From Octopus sinensis (lineage: Eukaryota), in contig NC_042998.1 of the NCBI RefSeq assembly GCF_006345805.1, positions 204,290,001-204,354,000 on the forward strand: a DNA stretch of 64,000 nt, written 5' to 3'. This document shows, piece by piece, positions 23,315-36,020 of the stretch (positions are counted from its first letter, which is position 1; every line of letters begins with the position of its first letter). Both the position numbers and the translations under genes were made by a program. Under the pieces are notes generated by a model. It did not search any database and was not told where the DNA came from. It worked only from the letters and a program-made list of their open reading frames with translations.

Positions 23315-23645
23315 CCCCATGCCAGTGGCACGTAAAAAGCACCATCTGAACATGGTCAATGCCAGCCTCCCCGCCCCAACTAGCTCCTGTGCCGGTGGCA
23401 CGTAAAAAGCACCATCTGAATGTGGCCAAGGCCAGTGCTGCCTGATTGGCTCCAGTGCCGGTGGCTGTAAAAATCACCCTCTACACTGTCGGAGTGGTTG
23501 GCATTAGGAAGGGCATCCAGCTGTAGAAACCTCACCAGATCAGATTGGAGCCTGGTGCGGCCTCCCGGCTTCTCAGTCCCCAGTCAAACCATCCAACCCA
23601 TGCCCGCATGGAAAGCGGACATTAAACGATGATGATGATGATGAT
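23315..23645 (+). mobile_element. RTE LINE 3' tail copy
   Basis: Three modules, conserved tail and (gat)n. Confidence 0.9.
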
Positions 23646-23649
23646 TATT

Positions 23650-23950
23650 TATTCTTTTTATCCCGGGTTTTGTTCTAACTCCTGGACTCTTGCATGCGTA
23701 GTGGACTTGCTGTCTTCAGCCGACAGTACCATGGCACCTGTGTTTTTTCAATTATCATATACTTTCCTGATTATTCTGGCTGTACCAAGGAGGCAAACCT
23801 TTTATAACAGTTCTGTCAGACACTCTCTTCTGATTTCCTTTAGATTCCTCGAGATGCCTTTTGATATTGTCCCCAAGGAACCAACAATAATTGGCACTAT
23901 CTTCACCTTCTTCAGTTTCCATTTGTGGGCTATTTCGTACTTAAGACGAT
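23650..23950 (-). mobile_element. R4/Dong-like RLE C-terminus and 3'UTR
   Basis: RLKYEIAHKWKLKKVKIVPIIVGSLGTISK..L*KVCLLGTARIIRKVYDN*; ends in aataaataat. Confidence 0.8.
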
Positions 23951-23956
23951 TGAATA

Positions 23957-24170
23957 TACTCTTTTACTTGTTTCAGTTATTTGACTGCGGCCATGCTGGA
24001 GCACCGCCTTTAATCGAGCAAATCGACTCCAGGACTTATTCTTTGTAAGCCTTGTACTTATTGTATCGGTCTCTTTTTGCCAAACTGCTAAGTTACGGGG
24101 ACATAAACACACCAGCATCAGTTGTCAAGCGATGTTGGGAGGACAAACACAGAAACACACACACACACAT
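23957..24170 (-). mobile_element. SINE family B, 3' half
   Basis: tactcttttacttgtttcag...gactgcggccatgctggagcaccgcc. Confidence 0.85.
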
Positions 24171-24177
24171 ATATACA

Positions 24178-24360
24178 TCTGGCATGTAAAAAGTACCCAC
24201 TACACTCACGGAGTGGTTGGTGTTAGGAAGGGTATCAAGCTGTAGAAACACTGCCAGATCAGACTCGAGCCTGGTGCAGCCTCCTGGCTTCCCAGACCCC
24301 GGTCTAACCGTCCGACCCATGCTAGCATGGAAAACGGACGTTAAACGATGATGATGATGA
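24178..24360 (+). mobile_element. RTE LINE 3' tail copy
   Basis: Conserved tail and (gat)n. Confidence 0.9.
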
Positions 24361-24751
24361 AATTATCTTAAAACCTTTCACCAAAACTTGATGTTAATTT
24401 ATTTTCTAAACGCCAGCTTCATAACCGATAATTAGTTGACTACATTCTTCAATATTTTCAAAATTAATTTAAACAAAGGCAACGGATTTCAACAGAAATG
24501 TGGTAAGGAAAGGGTTGTGGGTGGGAGGCAGTGGTAGAGCTAATTTTATGGTCATGTCCACCTTGTCATCATGGAAATTATTAAATGACAGCAGCAATTT
24601 TAACTGGAACAGTATTCCTTTGCCCTTCTTCACATTAAATAACCATAAGTTCAATGTCTGTATTAGATTGAAATTAAATAACAATGGTTGTAAGCTTCCC
24701 TTTTAGGAATCAAAGGCCACTTATTTTAGTTCTTTATTGTTTTATCATAAA

Positions 24752-25143
24752 CTAGCAGTATCGCCCGGCATTGCTCGGGTTTGTTTCGACCCTTTAGAAT
24801 TGGAATTTTTGAAAAGTAAAAATTTTGCATAATGTAGCTTGTTATTCTCTTTAAGTGAACATTTTTCTGGTTGAAATACACCGAAAAATGGCGACACAGC
24901 TGTCAAAAAATCATAAAAGATAGGGATTTTCATAGAAAAAAAGCACCTTTTTCATGTTAATAATTTTTGGTGTTAACATGGTCCGATTTGAATTTTTTCT
25001 TCTATGGAATGAAGAGCAAGCCTTCTTCTATCATACTCTCAATTTTGGTCAACTTGCGCTGCAGGATCTCGGAGGAGATAGTGTTAGTTGAAGGCTACCA
25101 AACCTGTCACATGGAGACAACGTCAGCTTTATATATAGAGAGA
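24752..25143 (-). mobile_element. Non-autonomous Helitron, family H1
   Basis: CTAG at 24752-24755, adjacent hairpin cgcccggcattgctcgggt, 5' TC end near 25143. Confidence 0.85.
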
Positions 25144-25594
25144 TTTCCATGGTACTACTGTAGCCACATGTAGTAATAGCCATGAAGGCTGCATGTTTGA
25201 CTTGTATCAGTTTAGAAAACATCAGACGATTGGATTTTGAATGTTGTTAAATGGAATTCTACTTGTGAAAACACATTTGCAATCTTTCATTTAATTCCTG
25301 ACCCAAGATTCCCACTCATTGAAGCATTGTCAGAACTGTAGTAGAGAATAAAAAATGGCTTTGTTGCACGTCAGTTTGGGATTAATATGCAATGAACCAT
25401 CAATATGGCTAATGGGGGAAAAAAGTGCCATGATGAAGGTGGAGGCATCGGTGAGGTCGATGGTATCATTATGGCTGATTAATGAGATTGTGTGCGGTGG
25501 GAAGAGTGAGGGTGGAGTGATAGGGTTTCTATATCCCCACACTTAAACATGAGAACTCTGAGTACATGACAGGCCAAACTGATATATAAAGATG

Positions 25595-25670
25595 CATGTA
25601 TATATATATATATGTTTATATGTATATATATATATATATGTATATATATGTATATATATATATATGTATG

Positions 25671-25702
<32 letters not shown>

Positions 25703-25794
25703 TGTATGTATATATATATATGTATGTATATATATATATGTATGTATATATATATATGTATGTATATATATATATGTATGTATATATATATATG

Positions 25795-25843
<49 letters not shown>

Positions 25844-25976
25844 GTGTATATATATATATATGTGTGTATATATATGTGTATATATATATATGTGTATATA
25901 TATATGTGTATATATATATATGTGTATATATATATATGTGTATATATATATATGTGTATATATATATATATATGTG

Positions 25977-26019
<43 letters not shown>

Positions 26020-26070
26020 TATATTTTTATATATATGTTATATAAATGAGAGAGAGAGAGAGAGAGAGAG
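25595..26070. repeat. Compound (TA)/(TG)/(TGTA) microsatellite plus (GA)n
   Basis: Read directly. Confidence 0.95.
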
Positions 26071-26351
26071 ACGACCAGCTGGAGTGATATAATTGGTGTG
26101 AAATAATTACTTGGCTGTAAACAGTCTTAACACAATGGCTGCATACACGATGTGGGTCCTGCTAAAAGGTTACACACACACACACACACACACACACCCA
26201 CGCATATGTAAATGCCTGTCTAACGTATACACGCAAGCATGTGCACATAATTCAATTCTTGACAGCACGGCAAGTTGACATAAGATCATGATGAATAATG
26301 AATGGCGCAAAAACATAGACAAACAACACTTCACTCCTCGTCTATCATATA

Positions 26352-26790
26352 TCATCATCATCACCATCATTGTTTAACATCCACTTTCCATGCTGGCATG
26401 GGTTGGATGATTTGACTGAGGACTGGCGAACCAGATGGCTGCACCAGGCTCCAATCTTGATTTGGCAGAGTTTCTACAGCGGGATGCCCTTCCTAATGCC
26501 AACCACTCCGAGAGTGTAGTGGGTGCTTTTTACGTGCCACTGGCAGGAGGGCCAGTCAGGCGGTTCTGGCAATGACCACGCTCAAAAGGTGCTTTTACGT
26601 GCCACCTGCACAGGAGCCAGTCTGGCGGCACTGGCAATGACCACACTCAAATTTTGTTTTTCACGTGCCAGTAAGGCAATGCTGGCAACAATCACGCTTG
26701 AATGGTGCTTTACATGCGTCACCGGCATGGGAGCCAATCCATGGTCCTGGCAACGATCACGCTCGGATGTGCTTTTAACATTCCACTGGC
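26352..26790 (-). mobile_element. RTE LINE 3' tail copy with several modules
   Basis: (cat)n tail and repeated gtgcttttacgtgcca units. Confidence 0.9.
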
Positions 26791-26839
26791 AAGAGTGCCA
26801 ACCAGGTGATACTGTCATCAGTCATGTCAGCGATTTAAG

Positions 26840-26888
<49 letters not shown>

Positions 26889-26917
26889 GTGTGTATATAT
26901 GTATGTATATATATATA

Positions 26918-26959
<42 letters not shown>

Positions 26960-27471
26960 CGTACACACACACACACATACATATATAGCATGTTTCCCTC
27001 TCTCTCTAAATATGTGTGTGTGTGTGTGTGGAATATATCAATGACATTGTGTTAATTTTTTTTTCTGTAGATCCAGTGTTCTGTTGGGATAACCACAAAT
27101 CAGTGTATGTAAAGAGAGATTTATATATCACAACGTGATAATATATTTTTTGTGTCTTGTGAGGGTCATTATGCCAAAAATAATAACACCTGCACTGGTT
27201 CATTATCGTTTCTGTTTTATTAGTCAATAAGACCAATTTTCAGACAGCCTCGGGGGATGACCTTGAAGAGAGAAGGCAAGTCATTAAAAAGGTTATGAAT
27301 AGTGAAGAAAAGACTTTGATTAACAAACAACCAATTGATTGTTTAACCAGCACATTAGACAAATGTCAGCTGGTCTTCTGATATTTAACCATTTGACTAA
27401 CAGTAAAGAAGTGATGTTGAACCAGTGCATGTGTTATTATTGACGTCGTGACTCTCCCAAGACACAAGATT

Positions 27472-27987
27472 TACCGTAAATCTTCGAGTATAGTCCACCC
27501 TTGAGTATAATACGCAGGGGATTTTTAGGGGGCTGTACCTCTGAAAAACCTAAACCTTGTGTATAATATGCACCCCTTTTCTAACTTGAGTCAAGGAGGT
27601 CTATATAACGTCCTTAGTTTGTAAAACTGTATATGGTAATGTCCTTTATTATAATTGTATATATAACATAATGCAAACGTGTAGCTTTTTTGTGCATTTT
27701 GTTTGCGGAAAATAAAGAAATAACAGTAATAACGTTTAATAAATGTTGCTTACTGCAAGTTATGGATGATTCTTTTATGACTTCATTGCTTTCAGGCTTA
27801 GCTTAACGTATTTTCATGCCCAACATCACAAAATGCGTCTGAATAAACATTGCCGAACAGCAAATATGGACTCGGACATTGCTTAGAAAATAATTTTCAT
27901 TTTTAACCTCGTATATAATGCACACTAGGGATTTTGACCTTTAAATTTTGGGGGGGAAATGCGGATTATACTCGAGGATTTACGATA
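27472..27987. mobile_element. TA-flanked Tc1/mariner-pogo-type MITE
   Basis: TIRs TA-ccgtaaatcttcgagtata (27472) and tatactcgaggatttacga-TA (27987). Confidence 0.8.
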
Positions 27988-28348
27988 CTTCCTTGCAAAC
28001 CAAATGCAAAAACGAAATAATAATAATAATATATTATTGGCTGTGCATGTGTGTGTGTGTGTGTGTGTGTGTGTCTTTTTGCAACCATATTCAATCGTTG
28101 GTCACCACTTTCTGTTTCATCTCATGTCAGATAGCTGACACACGTCTATCTGTCACTATCATAGACTGCATCGGATAAACACGGGATCAGTAGGTCTACT
28201 TTACTGCATATTTGGTCTTCCCTGACATATGCAGTCTACTTAGAACCTTCTGTCACTCTTTCTCTCGTACAAATATGCTCCCCAACAAAAAAAATGAAGT
28301 GCATTTGTTCTAACCATTGTTAAGGCAAACCATCTAATCAATCGTTTC

Positions 28349-28630
28349 ATCATCATCATCATCATATTACATCTGTTTCCCATGCTGGCATGGGTTGGAC
28401 AGTTTGACAAATGCTGGAAACCTTGCAACAGTCTCCATTGTCTGTTTTGGTGTAGATTCTGTGGCTGGATGCCCTTCCTAACACCAATCACTTTACAGAG
28501 TGGCACTGGGTGCTTTTCACATGGCACAAGTGCCTTTTATGTGACACCAACAGGGCTACTTTTTACATGGTACCAGCACAGTGCTTGTCACGTGGCTCCA
28601 GCACGGGTGCTTTTTATGTGGCACTATTTG
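28349..28630 (-). mobile_element. RTE LINE 3' tail copy, diverged
   Basis: tgtttcccatgctggcatgggttgg...ggatgcccttcctaacaccaa. Confidence 0.8.
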
Positions 28631-28703
28631 AAGAAAGTCAGCGATGTGAGACCATATTCTTGGACAACAGCAACCCACTTAAAAGACTAAATTTTAACTG
28701 GAA

Positions 28704-29096
28704 CTATCAGTATTGCCCGGCGTTGCTCGGGTTTGTTTCGACCCTTTAAAATTGGAATTTTTTTAAAAGTAAAACGTTTGCATTATGTAGCTTGTTATTC
28801 TGTTTAAGTGAACATTTCTCTGGTTGAAATACACCGAAAAATGGTGACACAGCAGTCAAAAAATCGTAAAAAATAGGAATTTTCATAGAAAAAAAGTACC
28901 TTTTTGATGTAAATAATTTATGGTGTTAACATGGTCCGATTTGAATTTTTTCTTATACAGAGGGAAGAGCAATCCTTCTTCTATCATACTCTCAATTTTG
29001 GTCAACTTGTGCCGCAGGGTCTCGGAGGAGAAAGTGTTAGTTGAAGGCTACCAAACCTGCCACACACACAGACAACTTCAGCTTTATATATATAGA
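28704..29096 (-). mobile_element. Non-autonomous Helitron, family H1
   Basis: Same body and hairpin (gcccggcgttgctcgggt) as the other H1 copies. Confidence 0.85.
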
Positions 29097-29429
29097 TAAC
29101 TGTTGTGGAAGATTGTTGATGATGGATAAGAAGAAGCTCTGCTCTTTTCTGTGACTTGATAAATACATCCAGTGATTGATGATGAGCAGGGCATTCACCC
29201 TACATGGCACAATGAAATCTATGAAACATGTCTTATGGTTTTAGGGAGACAATTAATGATGAGCTGAGTGGGGTCCTTCCTTTTTCTTTTACTGTTTACC
29301 AGCCGAATAAAAGATACATAATTATTAAAAATATAGGTAAAAACTAAACCAAAAATTAGTGTCGTTAATAATAATTTATGAGGAATACGCAGAACAGTGA
29401 GACTCCGAACACTGATGTATCTATTCCCA

Positions 29430-29640
29430 GGATGGTGCCACGTAAAAAGCCCTCATGTTGGTGCCATGTGAGAGGCACCCAGTGCACTCTGTAAAGTGGT
29501 TGGTATTAGAGAGGGCATCCAGCCATAGAAACCTTGCCAAAACAGACAATTGGTGCCTGGTGCAGTCCTTGGGCTTGCCAGCTCCAATCAAGACATCCAA
29601 CTGATGCCAGCATGGAAAATAGATCTTAAATGATGATCTG
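29430..29640 (+). mobile_element. RTE LINE 3' tail copy, diverged
   Basis: gagtggttggtatta..gggcatccagcc..gccagcatggaaaa. Confidence 0.7.
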
Positions 29641-29877
29641 AATCCGTTCTGACAGAGTCATGGGAATGTACTGATTGGAAAACACCTCTTCCCTTTAGGT
29701 GATTCATGTTTATAATGCACCCAGTTGGTTCGTTAATGTAAAGGAGCTTTGCAATAGGGAGGTGTTTCAACCTCATTGTGTCTCCTCAGTCAAAGCTGCA
29801 CCCAGATTTATGAATCTAACAAGAAATACTGGCTCTTGTTTATAAAAAGCAGCAGACAAAATTACTTGGTGTTGCAT

Positions 29878-30207
29878 ACTCTTTTACTTGTTTCAGTCAT
29901 TTGACTGTGGCCATGCTGGAGCACCGCCTTTAGTCAAGCAAATCGACCCCAGGACTTATTCTTTATAAGCCTGGTACTTATTATCTTTTGCCGAACCGCT
30001 AAGTTACGGGGTCATAAACACACCAGCACCGGTTGTCAAGCGATGTTGGGAGACGAACACAGACACACATACATATACACACACACATACATATATATAT
30101 ATACGTATAAAATTTATTGTATTCCTGGTTTTTATGCACTAAGCCACTTGGTGTTAAATTGATGGTACTATTAAATTAGTATCCAATTTTCTCACCCTTA
30201 TTAGTTG

Positions 30208-30240
<33 letters not shown>

Positions 30241-30455
30241 TTTGATACTTTTCGGCCATTATTGGCCCAGGCCATGTCTAACTTAATAGCACCACCTGAA
30301 TGGGCTTCTTTCAGTTTCCATCTACGAAATCCACTCACAAGGCTTTGGTCGGCCCGAGGCTATAGTAGAAGACACTTGCCCAAGTGCCACGCAGTGGGAC
30401 TGAACCCGGAACCATGTGGTTGGTAGACAAGCTTCTTACCACACAGCCACTCCTG
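29878..30455 (-). mobile_element. SINE family B split by about 200 bp of AT-rich sequence
   Basis: 3' half at 29878-30095, 5' half at 30300-30455. Confidence 0.8.
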
Positions 30456-30824
30456 TGCCTATAGACATGCTAATGTCTGCCAAATATAATTTGTGAGGAA
30501 CATATGGAGCAGGGAACAATTTGCTTGCTGACTTCTATAAACAAGTGCCAGTTCTCTTGTGAAATTCATTGATTCAGGGTGGCTTTGACTGAAAAGAGAG
30601 ATAATAAGGTCAAAACACTTCAGTATTTGAAAGCAACTTTACACCAATGAATAGTATGTCTGTTGTGAACACATCGAAAGCAAAAAGGTGATCTTTGTTG
30701 ATGAGAAACAATGGTGATCAGAAAACCTCCATTTGCTGGGTCAGATTTAAGATAATAAATCATTCTGGTACTCCTTTGGGGTTATGTTGACAAGTGTTCC
30801 TGTCAATCTGATCAACAGAACCTG

Positions 30825-30825
<1 letters not shown>

Positions 30826-30860
<35 letters not shown>

Positions 30861-31105
30861 GTTTAACGTGTGCTTTCCATGCTAGCATGGGTTGGATGGT
30901 TCGACCTGGGTCTGGGAAGCCAGGAAGTTGCACCAGGCTCCAGTCTGATCTGGCAGTGTTTCTACCGCTGGATGCCCTTCCTAACACCAACCACTCAGTG
31001 AGTGTAGTGGGTGCTTTTTACGTGCCAGGCGAGGCTGGCAACGGCCACGATTGGTTGGTGCTTTTTATGTGCCACCGGCACGAAGGCCAGTCGAGGCGGC
31101 AACTC
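30826..31105 (-). mobile_element. RTE LINE 3' tail copy
   Basis: (cat)n cgtttaacg...gctagcatgggttgg. Confidence 0.9.
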
Positions 31106-31124
31106 ATGAAATTAATATGCAAGT

Positions 31125-31345
31125 GGCTGAGCACTCCACAGACATGCAAACTCTTCGTGTAGTTCTCAGGGAGATTCAGCATGACAGAATGTGACAATTC
31201 TGGCCCCTTTTAATTACTGGTACAACTCCTTTTTACCAGCTGAATGGACTGGAGCAACATGAAATAAAGTGTCTTGCTCAAGGAATCAAACTTACAGCTT
31301 TATGGCCAAGTGCTGAGTACCCTGACCACTGAGTTGTGAGCCTTC
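31125..31345 (-). mobile_element. SINE family C
   Basis: Reverse complement of the 11418-11738 body. Confidence 0.75.
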
Positions 31346-31724
31346 ACTGAAGAAAGACACGTTATTGTTAGTGTTATTAATGGGGTTTTTTTTTCTGCAT
31401 GGTTGCACAACATTCTTCGTTGGTGGCAGAAAGACGGTGCCAATGGAACTGGAAAAATCAAGAATAGGTCCAACAAATCAATTAATATTTAATAACGATG
31501 ATTAGAATAATCCTTATGTTTGTGTTTCTATTTTACAATGCACAGGTACACATCCTCGTCTACACTGTCAGGTGAATAATTCTTTACCTAATTTTAATCA
31601 GACAATACATAATCATTGATTGATTAACCTCTTGGCCAAGTAATACTAACTACCAACAGATTATCTACAACAATTAATCTGCCCTATTTCACAAATATAT
31701 TATTATTATTATTCTCATTAAAAT

Positions 31725-32178
31725 TAAGGTGGTGAGCTGGCAGGGTCGTTAGTGTGCTGGATGAAATGCTTAACGGTATTTCACCCATCACTGCATTCTG
31801 AGTTCAAATTCTATCAAGGTCGACTTTGCCTTTGATCCTTTCGGGATTGATAAATTAAGTACCAGTTGAACACTGGGGATCAATGTAATCAGCCCCCAGA
31901 AGATAGCAGCCCTTGCCGTAAAATTTGAAACCATTATTGTTATTATTATTGTTATTGTTATTATTATTAAGGTGACAATCTGGCAGAATCGTTAACACAC
32001 CTGGCGAACTGCTTAATGGCTTTTTTTCTGTCTTTATATTCTGAGTCCAAATTCTGTCAAGGTCAACTTCGCCTTTCATCCTTTTGGTGTCAGTAAAATA
32101 AATACCAGTTGATCACTGGGCTGATGTAATCAAGTTACACCCACCCCAAAGTTGCTGGCCTTGTGTCAAAATTTGAAA

Positions 32179-32180
<2 letters not shown>
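31725..32180 (+). mobile_element. Two tandem family A SINEs separated by (ATT)n
   Basis: Heads aaggtggtgagctggcag (31725) and aaggtgacaatctggcag (31968). Confidence 0.8.
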
Positions 32181-32210
<30 letters not shown>

Positions 32211-33407
32211 GCTGTTTTTGTTGTTTTTGTTGCTTATGCAATCATAACAGAACTGGTTTAGTTTTTGTATTTGTTTTTTATAGGTGTAGGTGTGTGGGTG
32301 TTGTATGCATGTGTGGGGTGTATGTCTGTGTATGCATCAGCATGTGTGTGTGTGTGTGCGTGTGTGTGTGTGCTTGTGTGTGTGTTGATATCTCATGCTG
32401 ATTATAAACAAATATCTCTCTACTATACAAGCAATGTCATCTGTCTGGTTGTTCATGAAAGCCTAATCAATCATGGGACTGTTAATATTCAAAGCACCAA
32501 AACAAATATTAGCTTACTTGGAAACAGTTGAGGGTTGCTGACAGGGAAAGCGTCTGGGCATGCACCCTCCCCACTACAAATTTTTTTTAAATTTTAAAAC
32601 ACTGATGATTTATCAGTCAATCCCCGCTTTCTCCACCTGCGATAGAATGCACCCTGGCATGAGATATTTCCCTGCACAGTATTTGTAAGAGCATTCAAGA
32701 CTTGTCTCTGCTCTGATGTAATCTCTCCATCCCTCAAACTGCCAATCTGTTTCTTTTCCCATTAATCATGCCTTCCAAACAGTTCTTGCAGATTCTACAC
32801 ACATGCTCTCTCGTGTTTATACAAAAATAAACACAAGAAAAGGAAAGACAAAGGATGAAAATCTGCTCAGTGCAAAATTGCAAAAGCAGGATCCAAAAAG
32901 CTGGTCAAAAAAGACAAGGTCAAGCAATAACACACTGACCTAATAAGGCTCAAAACAAAGCCTGGAAATAGGGAGAGAATCATGGAGCAAAATGGTAACC
33001 TTCTGGCTGGTGAAGACAAAATTCTTGAAAGATGATGGTGTGTCTATAGATATATATATATGTGTTTGTTTGTATGTGTGATTGCACACATATATATGTC
33101 ATTCAAAGTGGAAACAGTACCAGCACTTCCATGTGGCATGCTTGAACAATTGTGAAGATCTTTTCACATGAAACCATTGGCTTCCTTGTTAATCCACAAA
33201 TAAACCATATACATATATATATTTCAGTACTTTGTTACTCATTAATTTCCTACCTTCTCACACCTGCCTTTCTCTTTCCCTTTTTACCCCCCCACCTTCA
33301 CATAACCCTTTTTTCCTCATGTTTTTATTTGCCAAAATATAAGGTAAACTTTGTTCTGAGCTTCTATAACCATTTTAGTTTCTCTCTCCTTTCTACTATA
33401 GGCACAA

Positions 33408-33520
33408 GGCCTGAAATTTACTGGCAGGGGTTAAGTCGATTACATCGACCCAAGTGCACAACTCGTACTTAATTTATTGACCCGAAAGGATGAAAGGCAA
33501 AGTCGACCTTGGCAGAATAT
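33408..33520 (-). mobile_element. SINE family A, 3' part
   Basis: gtacttaatttattgacccgaaaggatgaaaggcaaagtcgacc. Confidence 0.75.
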
Positions 33521-33824
33521 AATGTAGTTAGTGGGCAGCATCACTGGTACTGATGCCATGCAAAGGGCACTCAATACAGTCTGATCCATTTGTTGACACT
33601 GCATCGAAGAATCCTAGGAACAAAGGGCCAAAGAAAAAAAAATGCACTCAACACCAGAGCTGAAGACACCTCTAAAAGGTGGGGCCCCGTCACGTCGAAA
33701 AGAGTAGAGGAGTAGGGGCCGAAACTGGATATGGTCCTCCTGATGATGTCCTTAGCCACTTGACCCTATAAAAGAGCTGTTGAGGTAGTGAACCGCGAAA
33801 TATGGCTGGAATTCCCCTTGGCAT

Positions 33825-33965
33825 TATTAAGAAAGGTATCCAGCCATAGGAATCATGTCAAAGCAGTCATTGGAGCTTGGCACAGTCCTCTGGTTCCCCG
33901 GCTCCTCTCAAACTGACCGACTCATGCTAACATGGGAATGATGACAGTAATGATGATGATGGTAA
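33825..33965 (+). mobile_element. RTE LINE 3' tail copy, diverged
   Basis: gaaaggtatccagccatag...catgctaacatgggaa..(gat)n. Confidence 0.65.
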
Positions 33966-34224
33966 TGTAGCTTCTAATAAACAGAAAGATGAGTTGGTTA
34001 AGACTGAACCTGACACCTTTTAGATCTTGCTTGTAGGACCAATTTCTAAGGTGTCCAACAATGGAGGTCGGGGAGGACTTCTTCTGCTTGCGCAACACAC
34101 TAGCACACATTTTGCTTTCCATCTTGCAAATTTCTCTTGGATACATACGGACATAGATGGCGACACATGTCTTTTATTGATGTAGACACATTTTATACGA
34201 TAACACACAAAGACATGCAGACAC

Positions 34225-34263
34225 ATACATATATAAAGAAATATATACATATATATATATATG

Positions 34264-34297
<34 letters not shown>

Positions 34298-34590
34298 CAT
34301 ATATATATGTATGTATATACGTATATATATGTATGTATATACATATATATATATATATGTGTGTATATATATGTATGTATATACATATATATATATATAT
34401 ATATGTGTGTATATATATGTATGTATATACATATATATATGTATGTATATACGTATATATATGTATGTATATACATATATATATGTATGTATATACGTAT
34501 ATATATGTATGTATATACATATATATATGTATGTATATACATATATATATGTATATACATATATATATATGTGTGTGTGTCTGTATGAAA
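34225..34590. repeat. Compound TA/TG/CA microsatellite with higher-order units
   Basis: Read directly. Confidence 0.95.
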
Positions 34591-34784
34591 ACATAGACAC
34601 TTATTCACACACCCACATACACATATATACACGGCAGCACCCGCATATGCAGTGCCATGCACAAAGCAATGCACACGTTGGGAAACTGCTCTGCCATATT
34701 TGAAGGTTATTCTGAAGAATTCTCTTGTGAAACGGTGGGGGGGGGGATTCTTTTATGTTTTTCTTCTTCTTCTTCTTCTTCCAG

Positions 34785-34813
34785 TAGCGACATTGGCTTT
34801 GTTTATCTGTTAG
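34785..34813 (+). other. Candidate 29-nt non-coding exon
   Basis: (TTC)n-CCAG acceptor, then TAGCGACATTGGCTTTGTTTATCTGTTAG, then GTGAGT donor. Motif evidence only. Confidence 0.25.
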
Positions 34814-34957
34814 GTGAGTGTCTGTTGAGACAACAACAACAGCAACTGCAGCGAGATGAATCTCCTCCAATGATGTGTTTGATATCGTTGTTGCCATTTC
34901 TCTCCCTCTTTCTTCTCTTACCAAGGTGTTTCAATGACCTACTTTCTCACCGTTATC

Positions 34958-34994
<37 letters not shown>

Positions 34995-35139
34995 TTGATT
35001 ACCATTCACACCTGCCGCCGCCACCACTGCCACCGCTGCTGTCGTCTTTATCAAATTGAAATCCTCTCAAAACCAGAGCCACTTCAAAGTAAAAAACAAA
35101 GATATATGCGCGCGCACACACACACACTCAGATATGTAG

Positions 35140-36020
35140 ACACATATACATTTATACATACATATATGTGTGTGTGTGTGTGTGTATGTATATGTATATA
35201 TGTATGTATGTATAAATATGTGTGTGTACGTATGTATATATATATATATGTAATATATATATATGTGTGTATAATATATGTGTGTATATATATATATGTG
35301 TATATATATATATGTGTATATATATATATGTGTGTATATATATATGTGTGTTATATATATATGTGTGTATATATATGTGTGTATATATATATGTATATAT
35401 ATATATATGTGTGTGTGTGTGTATATATATATGTATATATATATATGTATATATGTGTATATATATATGTGTATATATATGTATGTGTGTATATATATAT
35501 ATGTATATATATATATATGTATGTGTGTATATATATATATGTATATATATATATATGTGTGTGTATATATATGTATATATGTATATATATATATATATGT
35601 ATGTATGTATATATACATATGTATATATGTATATATATGTATGTATATATACATATGTATATATGTATATATATGTATGTATGTATATATACATATGTAT
35701 ATATGTATATATATGTATGTATGTATGTATGTATAAATATATTTGTATGTACACATGTATGTATGTATGTGTGTGTGTGTGTGTGTATATACACACACAT
35801 ATATATATACATATATTTGTATTATGTAAGTTCATATATATACACATACATACATACATATATATCATCATCATCATCATCGTTTAAACGGACGCTAAAC
35901 GATGATGATGATGATGATATATATATATGTATGTATGTATGTATGTGTATATATATGAACTTACATAATACAAATATATGTATATATATATGTGTGTGTA
36001 TATATATATATATATATATA
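35140..36020. repeat. About 0.9 kb TA/TG microsatellite containing an inverted duplication
   Basis: Read directly; see the palindrome finding. Confidence 0.95.

Noticed and set aside
30675-30740. KKVIFVDEKQW, resembling the Tc1 first-aspartate motif
   Set aside because: The match is too short, a stop follows immediately, and there is no supporting context.
32640-33040. Possible very old RTE fragments (LEGMINGKRNR on -, NGNLLAGEDKILER on +)
   Set aside because: The motif resemblance is short and interrupted by stops, so it is not listed as a feature.
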